From a virus: a stretch of DNA of 64,000 nucleotides. The notes below the pieces were generated by a model. That model saw only the letters and a list, made by a program, of their open reading frames with translations, did not search any database and was not told the origin of the DNA. Every line of letters begins with the position of its first letter. Position 1 is the first letter of the stretch. Below are positions 10,816-22,552 of the stretch, piece after piece. Made by a program: the position numbers and the translations under genes. Location of the stretch: the IMG/VR virus record IMGVR_UViG_3300022856_000003, one strand, 5' to 3'.

Positions 10816-12264
10816 TTGATCTTGCGTCTTTGATGCCGTTGTGCTATGTTCAACAGGTCGAGACGACCCATTGATACCTCGCAGGTGCGAGGACCGGGAG
10901 AAGCCATGGACCAAAATACCCTCATCCTGACAGCAACCGACGGCGAAGAGATTCGCCTCATGCCGAACAGCTCTGGCACGGAAGGCACACATGCCATCTG
11001 CGTCAACGGCTGGAACGAGGGGATTGAGCATTTCGACAAGCATGGGGACGGCAATACTGTCATCCCATGCTCACCCGATCGGATTGGAGCAATGTCACCC
11101 GCTGATGCCTACCAGGAGTTCTTCCGTCGCATGGACGAGGAGTCCATCGACATGATCGTCCACGGTATGAATGCGGGCTTCTACGAGATGGCACAGGTGG
11201 AGCTGGACTACGCACATCGACCCTACGTCCTCAAGGTCCTCGGTGAACAGATGGGATGGGTAGAGCCCAACCCTGGCAACCTGACCTACTCGGCGTTTCG
11301 TTCACTGCCGACGATCGTTGGTCCAGTGAGTGCTGCGGACATCAACGGTTGCCTCGACGTGGTGAACGGATGAGAGCCAAGACCGAAATCGCGTACCACG
11401 CTGAGGAGCAGCTCTCCGCAGCACTACAGCTTGTGGCAGCTCTCGTCCTCACCGACGAGGAAGTTGCCGAAACGGCTCCTGATGCACGTCCAGGGAACCT
11501 CGTAGGGTGGGCCGAGTCGACGCGCAAGGAGATGCTCGACGAGCACAACAGACCGAAGATCGTGGCGATGCTCAAGCGTCGCGGGTACTACACGAACACG
11601 CATATCGGGTTCCCGCTGGCCTCGTTGAGTTCGCCAGGCCCTCGCGCACTCGAGGACGGCCTCGAGAAGTGTAGAGCCATCTCTGATGCCATACGAGATG
11701 GATCTATCAACTATGACCTCGACACTGGGCCGAAGAGCATGACTGATCGCCTTGTCCATGACGGGATGCGACAGGCCGATGCTGAATGGATAGTCAGAGC
11801 CCATGGCACAACGATGTTCCTCCTGGCGTCGATGGATAGGGTGATGGGACGAACGAAGTGACCGATCCCGAACCAGAGCGCGAGTACACAAGGAAGGAAG
11901 ACTTCATCTTCGATTTCCTCCTGTGGGCACTGCCAGGCATCCCGTATTTCGACACCGAGAAGAACCCGTTGAAGCGAATCAACGGAGACCAATGTGACTA
12001 CCCTGTCGACGACATTGTCCACCCGGCTGACTGGCCCGTTTGCTACACCCTCCTCTACACGAAGAGAGACGGAGCCGGAGAGTGCTGGACAAGTGCCATG
12101 GGATTCTCTCGATGGCTGTGGTTCGCGAGGCTCTGGCAGAAGATGGCGCTAAGGCACTACACGACCGAGCTTCGCAAGGACCAGAGAAAGTGGAAGCGAC
12201 GCCTTCCTCCTACTGGCTACGGCTACTCCGTGACCATCGTGCCGACGGTGTGGGTGGACTAGAC

Positions 12265-15078
12265 ATGAGCAAGAAGAATCGATTTGGCCCGAAGGGCGAC
12301 TGGAACCGCAAGTTCCACCCTGGGAAGGTCAAGAAGGCTGATCTCGACGACGACCTCGGCATAATCTTCGACATGGCGGCTGAGATCCATGCACAGGACA
12401 AGTCGCTGTTCGGTGAACTGTTCGATCAGATCTCCTCGCAACCCTCCCTTGTGAAGAAGTCGGCCTCTGTGACATTCGTTCCTGCTGCACAGAAGTCGCC
12501 GCAAGAACTGTTGCTGTCAGGTGAGATCAATGACTTCAAGAACTCCATCGCCGCCGCTTTCAGTATTCCGAAGGAGTTCATCTTCGGAGCGGACGAAGAT
12601 CCACCAGTCGTCCTGTGTAAAGGATGCGACCCGACACTGCTACAGGCCGATGTGGAGTGGTGCGAGATCTGCTACGTGGCAGGGATCAACCCCTGCGGTG
12701 AGATCCCAATGGATGGCCCACCCACGGACGAAATCGATTTCGCGACTCTGACCCCAGAGGTCTTCGCAAAGATGACCTCGTCTCAGCGCGGATCCATGGT
12801 CGGGAAGATCATGAAAGCGGTGGGCAAGTACTCACTCAATGGGCTCGATGTTCCGAAGGAACTGCTTGATGCTGTACAGGCTATGGCTCTAGCCGCGACG
12901 ACCCATCTCGACGCCAGCCCTGAGAATGACGAGCTACAGAACAAGATCAAGATCCCCAAATACGACATCAAGTTCGTCAAGGACAAGCCAGGGGCAGGAC
13001 TCATTCCTTGCGGACCGGTGACGCCGACACCCATGCCCTACCCGAAGTCTGGGCTCTGGGGGAATCTGAGCGCTCACGACCTCATCAGTGTCCAGCCGAT
13101 GACGAACCCAGCCGGAGCTAAGTTCCACTTCGACTACAAGTACGCCGAGGACGCCGAGAGCGAGGGCGTGGTCGTCGAGGACGAGGGGCTCCTGCTCGCT
13201 TCTCTCGGGTATAGCGACGGAGACATCAAGAAGATCCTCGCCGACAAGGCTGAGGCGAAGAAGAAGGAGTGGCAAGACTCTCTCCCTGGCCTGTCCGACA
13301 TCAAGCTGACGAAGACAGAGGTCACGGTCCACCCTGACAAGAAGCTCAAAGCCAAATGGGGTGTCGAACCCGTTGAGGACTTCAACAGTCCCGACAGCAT
13401 TCAGTCTGAGGCTGACCTGATAGGTGAATGGCTAGAGGACACAGGCGTGACGCCGACAGTGCTACCCAACCCGACAGATTTCGATGAGGACACTCTCGCC
13501 GCGTTCGCTGAGGCCAAGCTCAACAAACAGAAGGTCGCCCTGCTGGTGAAGGACTGGAGAAAGGTCCACCCTGGTCAGTCATTGCCACCGTTCTGTAAGA
13601 AGCATTCCGACTACGGCGCGATGATGTTCGGTGAGATCCTTGTCCACTGCGACAATGGGAACGGAACCCTGACCCTAGTCACAGGTGTGGTTGTCCCACA
13701 CTCGAGCGAAGGTGTGCAGATCATCGTGGAGAAGTCTCTTGCCTCCTCTGGAGGTGTGGGATTGAGCGACATGGGAGAAGCACTAGCCGACGTGGTCAAT
13801 AGCTCCCTGGATCTGCCACCACTGAAAGCAATCGACTACTTCCTTGCTATAGGCGTCTCAGGCTCGGACGCCCCGACCTACCTCCCACAGGGCTGCTACA
13901 TCGGAGCTGGCACGAAGAACATCGTATGGGGAGTGCCAGGCTCTCAACACGCTGTGACTGTGGCTGCCATCCACGAGAACCACTTCACCCTAGTGACAGG
14001 CGTGAACGTCCCGATCAAGCCGCCAATAGGCCCGAAGCCGATCTTCATGGATGCAGACGGCCAGAAGCCGATCTTCGCGCCCTACATCCCAGTCGAGTCG
14101 ACCCCCACGCTCGAGCTGAAAACAGCCAACGCCAAGTACGCGAAAAAGACTCTCAACCCGGCGCACTACGGTGTGGTCCCTCTCTCGAAGGGAAAGACGC
14201 AGACCGCTGTCGCAGCGAAGATGACCATCAAGGGCGTAAGCCAATCGATGATCTTCTTCGACGCCCAGACCGGGACCGAGTACTACATCGACCCCGTAAC
14301 TGGAGATCTTCACGAGGTGACTCGAGTCGTGACCAACGAAGACACCCTGACCGTGACAGTCATACCCAACAGTAAGAGCACGTTCTTTCCGGTGTCTCCA
14401 CTAGATGTCAAGAACGGAACACTGCCCTTCTCTATCAAGATGGCGATGAAAGCCAAGGCTGTCCTAGAGGCCAAGATCGCGCAGGAGACTGAGGAGATGG
14501 CTGACTTCAAGGAGCTGATGGGTGCTCCCCTCAAGGACAAGACCTCGTCAACGGACCAGTACAGCCCGATTCCCAAGCCCATCGTCTACCGAAAGAAGCT
14601 CCTCGGCGTGACCGTGGAACACATCCAATCGGAGCTGCTACCAGATGGTGAGAGCTTCCAGTACTACAAGGACGTAGTGACCGGAGACCTCCACAAGATC
14701 GTGGAAGCATCGAGCGGATGGGCCACATCCAAGGACGATGCGAAGACGTGGGTAATCGTCGAGGAGAACCCGGAAGCCACAGCTCCACCGACACACCCAC
14801 TGCTGCATAAGCTGAACACGAAGAAGAAAGTCAACGGTGATGTAGCAAGCCTCGAGGCTGAGGAGCACGTAGACGAGAATGGCGACCTCACTGTGAAGTG
14901 GGCTCCCAAAGCCAAGATGGTCACCCACACCGCTTCCTTCAAGAACAATGAGAAGCCTGAGAACCCAGACGACTTCATGTACGCAATGGAACAAGCTCAA
15001 GCTGACCGCATTCAGGCGAAGCTCGACGCAACACCACCATGGGAACAAGCACTCGACCTACTACACGACATGGACTAG
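12265..15078 (+). CDS. Large (937 aa) mosaic protein containing colinear gp23-type major capsid fragments and a portal-like peptide
   Basis: Probable start MSKKNRF at 12265, just after the previous stop. Motifs: AHDLISVQPMTNPAG..F.FDYKY; KKLKAKWGVEPVEDFNSPDSIQSEADL; FAPYIPVESTP; KYAKKTLNPAHYG. Confidence 0.65.
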   Translation: MSKKNRFGPKGDWNRKFHPGKVKKADLDDDLGIIFDMAAEIHAQDKSLFGELFDQISSQPSLVKKSASVTFVPAAQKSPQELLLSGEINDFKNSIAAAFSIPKEFIFGADEDPPVVLCKGCDPTLLQADVEWCEICYVAGINPCGEIPMDGPPTDEIDFATLTPEVFAKMTSSQRGSMVGKIMKAVGKYSLNGLDVPKELLDAVQAMALAATTHLDASPENDELQNKIKIPKYDIKFVKDKPGAGLIPCGPVTPTPMPYPKSGLWGNLSAHDLISVQPMTNPAGAKFHFDYKYAEDAESEGVVVEDEGLLLASLGYSDGDIKKILADKAEAKKKEWQDSLPGLSDIKLTKTEVTVHPDKKLKAKWGVEPVEDFNSPDSIQSEADLIGEWLEDTGVTPTVLPNPTDFDEDTLAAFAEAKLNKQKVALLVKDWRKVHPGQSLPPFCKKHSDYGAMMFGEILVHCDNGNGTLTLVTGVVVPHSSEGVQIIVEKSLASSGGVGLSDMGEALADVVNSSLDLPPLKAIDYFLAIGVSGSDAPTYLPQGCYIGAGTKNIVWGVPGSQHAVTVAAIHENHFTLVTGVNVPIKPPIGPKPIFMDADGQKPIFAPYIPVESTPTLELKTANAKYAKKTLNPAHYGVVPLSKGKTQTAVAAKMTIKGVSQSMIFFDAQTGTEYYIDPVTGDLHEVTRVVTNEDTLTVTVIPNSKSTFFPVSPLDVKNGTLPFSIKMAMKAKAVLEAKIAQETEEMADFKELMGAPLKDKTSSTDQYSPIPKPIVYRKKLLGVTVEHIQSELLPDGESFQYYKDVVTGDLHKIVEASSGWATSKDDAKTWVIVEENPEATAPPTHPLLHKLNTKKKVNGDVASLEAEEHVDENGDLTVKWAPKAKMVTHTASFKNNEKPENPDDFMYAMEQAQADRIQAKLDATPPWEQALDLLHDMD

Positions 15079-15527
15079 CCGGTGAGTGATCACTACACCC
15101 AAGGCATGAACACCCAATAGCACTAGCACTCACACCAGTGAGTCCCCTAGTAGTGCAGTCCTTGTCCAGTCATAGTCTGACCACCACCACAGCTCCAGAT
15201 CTTGCACCATTAGACGTGGTGACCCACCCTCCCCCCCATAGGTGCCAGCCCTAGCTACGTCAGCCCTGGCTTTCAAGCCCTAGCTAACAGCCCTAGACAA
15301 TTGTTAAGGGCTAGCTTACTCCCGCCCTAGTGATTGACCTAGTTGTACGACAAGCGGAAACAGCACCATTTATGGGAAGACCCCCCTCCCCCCTATTTCG
15401 CAGCCCTTCCGGTCTGTTCAGGTAGCAGCGTCCGCACCAATGGCGTGCTACTCCCGCAGCCGGAAAGCGCCGTTCCCATCAGGTCTCTGATCAGCACCAA
15501 TTTATGGGAAGACCCCTCCCCACTCTG
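15079..15527. repeat. Non-coding region with iterated AGCCCTAG units and a ~30-bp direct repeat (origin- or packaging-site-like)
   Basis: AGCCCT(A/G)G at 15247, 15262, 15276 and 15289, AGGGCTAG at 15307, GCCCTAG at 15324. CAGCACCA(A)TTTATGGGAAGACCCC(CC)TCCCC at 15361 and 15492. Confidence 0.7.
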
Positions 15528-15562
15528 TTGACGTGCTCTGATTGTTCAGCTAGAATGATTGT

Positions 15563-15694
15563 GAGGCGAGGTGTTCCAGGCAGCAACATGACGGGCGGTT
15601 CGATTCCGCTGACCGAGGGCGAAAGCTCCATACCGGCCCGGTTTGGGTGGTTGATAGAGGTTCCGTAGTGTTGCTGCCTTGAGCGCCTTGCTCC
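15563..15694 (+). ncRNA. Candidate ~130-nt tRNA-mimic / Y-RNA (YrlA)-like RNA
   Basis: Directly follows promoter 15528-15556. 15566-15589 pairs with 15668-15691 (long stem with G-U pairs). Canonical T-arm GGCGG-TTCGATT-CCGCT at 15594-15610, followed by a closed stem with a GAAA hairpin. Confidence 0.5.
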
Positions 15695-16766
15695 TAAATC
15701 CAAATGTTCGACGAGGTGTCGTTCAGGAGTTCTAAATGTCCCGTATCCGAGTAGTTCACATCGTCAGTGCGAAGTTGGAATTGTCCTTGAACCTTGCCGA
15801 GGTCCAGGCCGTCATGGTGGGAGTTGGTGAGGTTCACGTTGCGGTGTTGAACGACACGCTCAAGTTGAAAGGCGTTTCGGTCCCTGACGAAGTCTTCCAG
15901 CCCTTCGTCAGCGCATGGCCCGGCGCGATCACGATCTCCGACGAGAACGGAGCTTGGAGTGGTGCCTTCCGTCGAGACGGACTGGTGTCTGTCGCCTCGA
16001 CACCGGGAAGTCGAGCGATCACGTTCACTTACGACGACGGCAACATGGTCCAATGGCACGTCGATGCTGATGAGTACTTCGCCGAGGTCTTCAAGAACGC
16101 CCAGCGCCAGTTCGCCGCCTGATGGCAAACAAGATCTCATCGACCTACGCCGAAGCAATGGCACTTTGGTCGCGCATATGGTCGGATTTTCCACTAGGTG
16201 TCGGTGGCCGTGCGATTCTCCTGCTACTCGCTATTTGTTATGCGGTATTGCTTTTGCGGTCTCTCCTATGAGTACTCGCGCCGCCCACGATCCTCGCGGT
16301 GAACCTGGGATCGCCTTCACAGGTGAAAACCGAGCCGTCGTTTGGTTCGACGATGATGGGCACACCGCTTGGATCAAGGACAGTCACACCGGGTCCATCA
16401 GGTCTCAGTGGCGCAAGAAGGGCGATTGGGCCGCATGTATTGAGCTTCCTGCGCCGACCGAAGACGAGTTCAGTCACGAGTGGGATACTGCAACGCCTCG
16501 CGACCCGACAGTCACGGCCCACTGCCCGTCGCGGTGCCGTGGTTGTTGGGTGTGCCGATGAGTCAAAAAGCCACGGTATGGCTCATCATGACCGGCTGCG
16601 TCCACGAGGGTTGGTCGACGCACAACGTGAAGTTCGACAAGGATGCTGCTCGAAGCAGCTACGAGAATCTGGCAGGCAAGGAACCGACGACTGACCGCCG
16701 ACTCGAAGGTTGGCAAGTACGCCATGGGATGAAGAGCCGTCTCGTTCATGAAGAGCAGGAGGATCG

Positions 16767-17342
16767 ATGAGATTTCTACGACTAGGTCTACTGATTGAGC
16801 GCATCGGCAAGCTGATGCAGAACCTCTCTGCGGACGAGAAGCTCGCCAACGCTCTGACCGCACAATCCGCCGACCACTGCACCGTGGGTGGTGAAGTCAC
16901 GACTCGAGGTTTCATCGTTGAGATGGGGATGCGCGGATGGACTCCCGAGTACGTCGGCGAGATGGTCCACTTCCGTCGCAACGGTTGGACCCCTGATGGT
17001 CACCCACTCGATAAGGTTCCGTACCTCGACGACAAGGGTCGGCCCGTGGTCCCACATGAGTGCTGCGGCTGCATCTGCCAGGTGTGTGTCGAGGGTCACA
17101 ACTCGTATGAAGACCTCGGGCACGACGCCCGATGTCTCGAGCACGCCGACCAGCGACGCCAGACGATCACGGCCGAAGTGTCACCGCCATACTGGATTGA
17201 AGCTCCGTGTTGCGGATGCATCTGTCAGGTCTGCCAGGCTGTCCATAGCGGAAACACGAGGATCCACTCGCCCAGGTGTGTGGACCACCGAGCGAAATCG
17301 ATTTCGCATGTCGACACACCCGCAACCTCCCTGGAGAAGTAG
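16767..17342 (+). CDS. Hypothetical protein with a duplicated CCGCICQVC...H...RC..H metal-binding unit
   Basis: HECCGCICQVCVEGH...HDARCLEH and APCCGCICQVCQAVH...HSPRCVDH. Confidence 0.6.
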   Translation: MRFLRLGLLIERIGKLMQNLSADEKLANALTAQSADHCTVGGEVTTRGFIVEMGMRGWTPEYVGEMVHFRRNGWTPDGHPLDKVPYLDDKGRPVVPHECCGCICQVCVEGHNSYEDLGHDARCLEHADQRRQTITAEVSPPYWIEAPCCGCICQVCQAVHSGNTRIHSPRCVDHRAKSISHVDTPATSLEK

Positions 17343-18915
17343 ATGTCCCCTCTCGACCCGCCCAGCCTGTCTTCCGCCGAAGTCCGACTCATCAGCCGAG
17401 TCCGTCGGCTCAAGAGGCTGATGGAACTCGATGCACCCACCGTCATCCAGACCTCGGAGTCTGGGCTCGTCAGCATCGCGGTGGCCAACTGTGTCGAGGC
17501 CCCATCGCCGGGTGCGTTTCGGCTGTCGACCTACGACGAGTCTCGAGACAACCTGGGCCTCGCCCCTGCCGGTCCCGCGGTGAAGCGCGGTGAGACGACC
17601 ATCACGATGGACGACCGGATGTTCGACTCGATGGTCGCCTGGAACTACCCGCTCGCCAAGTACGAGATCGTTCCCGACAACCTGATGAACAACGGGGACA
17701 CCTGGACGATGGATGTGGTGGCCAACACGGGTGACGACATCGTCGAGTTCGACCGGTGGCAAGAAGGCGAGAAGGTGATGGGGATCGGCATCTACCAGAT
17801 CTGCGCCGACCTCATCCGCATGGGCAAGATGCCTGCGGGCAAAGTCATCATCAACGCGAGCTGGTAGTCCGATGTACGGATGTGTTGACCTCTGTTTTGG
17901 TGTGAAGCTCTACGGCATGGACACGATGCGAGAGTCCTTCGACGTATCGAAGTGGAAAGACGCGATGATCGACATCGCGAAGTACGAGTTCGACGGAGTC
18001 GACACTCTCGAGACCGCTGAGTTCGGAAACCCTGACGAGTGGGACGACGACGGCATCAAGATGTTCGTCGAAAACTGGCTCGGTGAGTCTAACTACGTCG
18101 AGAGTCCCTACACGGGCTCCGGTACGCCGCCGATGTACATCGGCATCCAGATCGGTAGCTGGCCCTACTTCCATTCAGGAGGAGAAGACGGGTTCATCGC
18201 CGCTGCGCGGAATGACCGACCCCTGACCGACGAGGAGTCAGGTAGGTGGATGTCCAAAGTGCCCGCAGAGGTACGCGACATCCTCACCAGGCACGGACAC
18301 ATCCCAGGGTTCGTCTGGGGAGCCAGTACAAGCTGATGCTCGAACGACTCAAAGCCTACGCCGCCGACACGAAGCCGCTCCTGGAGCAGGTCATCGCCTT
18401 CCGCCAACAGACCCTTGGAGGGTGGAACGTCACCAACGGCTCTGTGCGAGTCTTCTTCAAGAAGGGTGACGTGAGTGTTATCTACAGCGAGCATGGGGTC
18501 GGATGGAGGCTCGAGTCTGTGCGGATGGTCGACGACGGACATGTTCTATGGCGGATGAATGGAGACACGTTGAAGGTGACTTCGACGAGAAGTTCCAGGG
18601 TCGTTCCGCTCGGGGATGGGTTCGTTCGGTCCTGGCGTGACTGTGACGAAGTGTTCTACGAGTGACCCGATTGCTTGACATGCCTGCGATGTTCAACTAG
18701 AATGTGGTTGGAACGAAATCGATTGCGCCGAAGGTCGGCGAGGAAGAATCCAGAATGATCAATCTCCACAACCTGTTCATCGCCCGTGACGGAATCGTAG
18801 CCGCTCTGGCCGAAGGTCTGTCTCCCGTGCAGGCTCTCAAGAAGGTCCGCGCGACGAAGGCTGGAAAGACCATCAGCGTGACGACCCTGATCCGCATGGC
18901 TCGGCGGCTCCAGGC

Positions 18916-19227
18916 ATGAACCCTTCCCCCTCAATCGCTGAGTCTGCCGTCTCAATGGCGTGCCTGTTCAAGGCCGTTGGCGACCGAGAGCTTTCAATCA
19001 CGAAGGCATCGGTCGCCACTGGTGGAACCAGCGCGATGGGAAAACCCTGGGCGAAACGCCATGTTGATCGGCTCGTCCGAGCAGGCATTCTGACCGTCCG
19101 TCAGAAGGGGAAGTGTCGCTGGGTTCGCCCCGCGAACCACGCCGAGTTCATGGAGTGGGCGAAGACGCAGGAGACGTATGAGTACACCGAGTCCATCGGC
19201 CAAAGCTGGGCGGAACACATCTCATGA
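18916..19227 (+). CDS. Putative winged-helix DNA-binding protein
   Basis: KPWAKRHVDRLVRAGILTVRQKGKCRWV resembles an ArsR-type recognition helix plus wing. Confidence 0.45.
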   Translation: MNPSPSIAESAVSMACLFKAVGDRELSITKASVATGGTSAMGKPWAKRHVDRLVRAGILTVRQKGKCRWVRPANHAEFMEWAKTQETYEYTESIGQSWAEHIS

Positions 19228-22200
19228 GCCGCCTCAAGACCATCGTGGAGATCGAGAAGATCCTCCGCGACCATGTGACCAACGGGGAAGTGGACGCCGA
19301 TGGCGATCCGAGGAACTATGGTCATCCGCTCCATGACAGTAAGGCCCGCTATGCGTGGCTCGTCGCTGCGGACGCCTTGAAGCCTCATCCGATCCCCGCT
19401 GCCATGCCGACCCGCGAGCGCATCAAGGAGCTGGAGGTCGTGTGGTGGCCTCTAACGATGGGGAAGACGAACAGGTCCGAGGATTGGACCGAGACCCTCC
19501 TAGCCGTTCTGACGGCAGAGGAGGCGGTCTGGGGCCTGCGTTTCGAGTCCTACCTCGATGTCTCAGGCTGGGACCGCTCCGATAGCGGTGACGTTGAGTA
19601 CTCGCTCAACGCTGGGAATAGCGACAAGCACGATGAGGATCCTGTCGTCAGCCTCGTCATCAAGCGCGACATCTCATCCTGGGAGTGGTTCGTTCATTCC
19701 GACTCCTCATGGGGCGAGAAAATCGCTCAAGGCACCGGAAACCTAGCCATCGAAGCCATCGTCGCGGGTCTCTGGGCCTTCCGAACCGCATGTGACGCAC
19801 GAGGAGTGGAGCTGTGACACCGGACGAATACTACGCCCACGTCAGCCCGCCGCGTAAAGCCTTATCGAAGCTACTTAGTGGCCTCGCGCAGATCGTACTC
19901 GATGCGGGCTCTGGCAATTCCGTAGGCTGGCGAGGCGCAGTCCGCGCCATCAACTCGCTGCCGATGCTGGCGGAAGAGATCGAGATTGCCGAGAATCCGC
20001 CGTACAGCTACGAGACGAAGACGCCATGGGAGATGGGTCAGCTCGGTTGGCAGGTAGAGAACACCGTCAACTTGCTCGGGTGGGGTAAGTCCACTGGATG
20101 CTCGATTCGCATCCGCCGTTGGGACTGGCATGGCGACCATGGTGATGCCCACTTCCTGGTGAACTACACGACAGAAGACGGGTACCAGGACGCCTACGAC
20201 CGATGCTGCCGTAAGGCGCTCCAGGCGTGGAAGGAGTATCGAAAGCCGGGATGCCCGCCCAATGGCATCGGCAAGGCATTGAAGCGAGACAAGCTCAAAG
20301 AGGGCATGCGCGACCGCCTCTTCGGCGACGACGACACGAAGGTCAACACCACCGTTGAGGTGCTGCTCGCGGAACTCGACAATGCGCTTGGCTTGCCGAT
20401 GTTCGCCAACGAAGAAGACCCAGTCGAGAACGCTCTCGACACGGTCCAGGAGGATTAGATGTCGATGAAGCTAAATCAGGAGCAGACGAACTTTCTCCTC
20501 AGCCTCCTGCATGACGAGTGGCAGAACGCGGACGAAGAAGATCTTGCCGACCTCGAGCTGATCGAGGCGACCGTGCGGGCTTCCATCGCAGAGGCTCATG
20601 GTCTCCCGTCCGACTCCGGTTCGCTTTGCATCCTCAACATCACGCCGTCGAAGGAGACCTAGATGGAACCGACCGCATCAGAAGTACTCGCTGACGTGAT
20701 AGCGAAGGCTGTAGTCAAGAAGATGAGAGGGACCTCCTCGGTCCTCTCCTCCATCCTTGCCTTCCTGCTGGTCGGATTGCCTATCGCATCCATCATCTAC
20801 GCCGCCGAGAAGTCGCAGAACAAGCCGTCCGACGAAGGTCCTTGGTCGCTCGTACAACCCGCTCAGCACATGAGCGACAATCAACAGATCCCCGCCATCT
20901 ACACGGCAGAGATCGACGGTCGACGCTGTCTCGTACTCATGGGAGTACTGGCCGATAGCCTCGACTGCGAGGAGAGAGACTGATGGGTAATATCGGCGGC
21001 CTGATGAGGCGAGGTGCCTTGTCCATCGACACTGTTCGACCAGTGGCTCGACAAGTCTGTCTGGACCTGTTCCCGACACTCATCAAGGTGGTCGATGCCG
21101 AACACGGTGTTCTCTTCGAGTGGGTCCACGAAGATGACCGCGCCGCCGCCTACCAGGGCGAAGCCTTCTGCTGGTACCAGTACAACCGCTCGAAGGTCGG
21201 TGGAAAGCCCATCCGATGGGGTGAGTTCGGCTGGTGGCTACGAGGCCGGATCGAGGCCCACACTGCCGACCGACTCAGCGGAGTCGTAAAGCACTGGGAC
21301 GAAGGTGTCGGTGAAACCTGGCTACCAGACCTCGAGAAGCACAAGACCCCCTGGGAATACCAGCGTGGGTACCTGAGCAACTCGACCTCGGTGTGGGCTG
21401 ACTGCGCGTTAGTTCTCGCTGCCTTCTCGGGATACAAGAAGTTGCCTGCGGGACTCGATCAGAAGTACATCGACGACTACCCCGAATGGGTCCAGATCGC
21501 CTCATGCCCCGCCCCAAAACAGCCGCCGATGTGGTGGAAGTTGCTCACGGGCAAGTTGAAGCCGAAGACCGAAGTCGACGAAGTACTCGACATCATTGGA
21601 GAAGACTGATGGCCACCGCCGAAGACCTGACCGAGACCGAACCGACCAGCCAGTGCGCCATTTGCAAGTCCACCGACGTTGAAGTGCGCCGATCCGACTG
21701 GTTCAAGGTCAACGGGAAGAAGGAATGCACCTACGGTGACCCTGACTCCTCGGACATCGAGTACCACTGCCAGGACTGCGATCACAACGAGATCGAGCCC
21801 TACGTCGCCAAGAAGGAGGCCACCGATGGCTGACCAGCCAGAGTGGATTGAGGTCAAGCTCATCCTCCGCTATCGACCCAGCGTTCTGACTCCTGGAGGA
21901 GAAAGTCGCAACGAGCCCTCCGACGAAGACGAGCTGATCGAGGAGATCGATCGGGCGATGAACTCCTCCCACTTCGGTGGTCAGATTGAGGTTCGCCGCG
22001 ACCCTCGTCACGACTGGACTCCCGGAATGCACGCACAACGCGCCCACTGGGACGCGATGACCTCGGGTGAGATTCCTCGACCCAAGTGCGTCCAGTGTGG
22101 CGAGACCGTTGAGGTTGAGCGCATCGTCTACGCGAGCCCGACTTGCTACGCATGCCTGCCACCACCACGGCTGACCAAAGAGAAGGAAGACAAATGAAGG

Positions 22201-22552
22201 ACTTCGTCGGAAGAGAGATTCAGCCACAGGACTTCCTCGTCAAAGGAGGCAAGGGAAACGGCGCAGGCGAGTACGGAATGATCCTTCACCGGGCACTCAC
22301 CCTCGCGGACGGTAGTGTTCGCACCGCCAGGCTCAGCATCAAGTACGACCACTCCACGGGGGTCTCGGTATCCACGGTCAGAATCAAGCAGACGACCATC
22401 TCAAATCTGAACACCGTCATGGTGGTGACCCCTCCCAAGCACGTAGTGGAGCTGTTCGAGCGAGCTGAGGCTAAGACCCTCACCGACGCCGACAAGGACA
22501 CCATCGGCAACTGGCTTCACGGGTCGTCGCACCAGAAGCCCTGGGGCTGACA

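Noticed and set aside
12040-12264. ORF-track start of the 1012-aa protein at 12040
   Set aside because: It overlaps the whole 3' half of 11858..12262. ATG 12265, right after that stop, is more plausible.
12274-12287. Partial palindrome look-alikes (AAGAATCGATTTGG at 12274; GAATCGATGA near 29673 and 52250)
   Set aside because: They have two or more mismatches in the core, so they were excluded from the count.
15594-15610. Canonical tRNA gene
   Set aside because: Only a T-arm is present. There is no upstream D or anticodon arm in normal order and no CCA end. I found no standard tRNA in the window.
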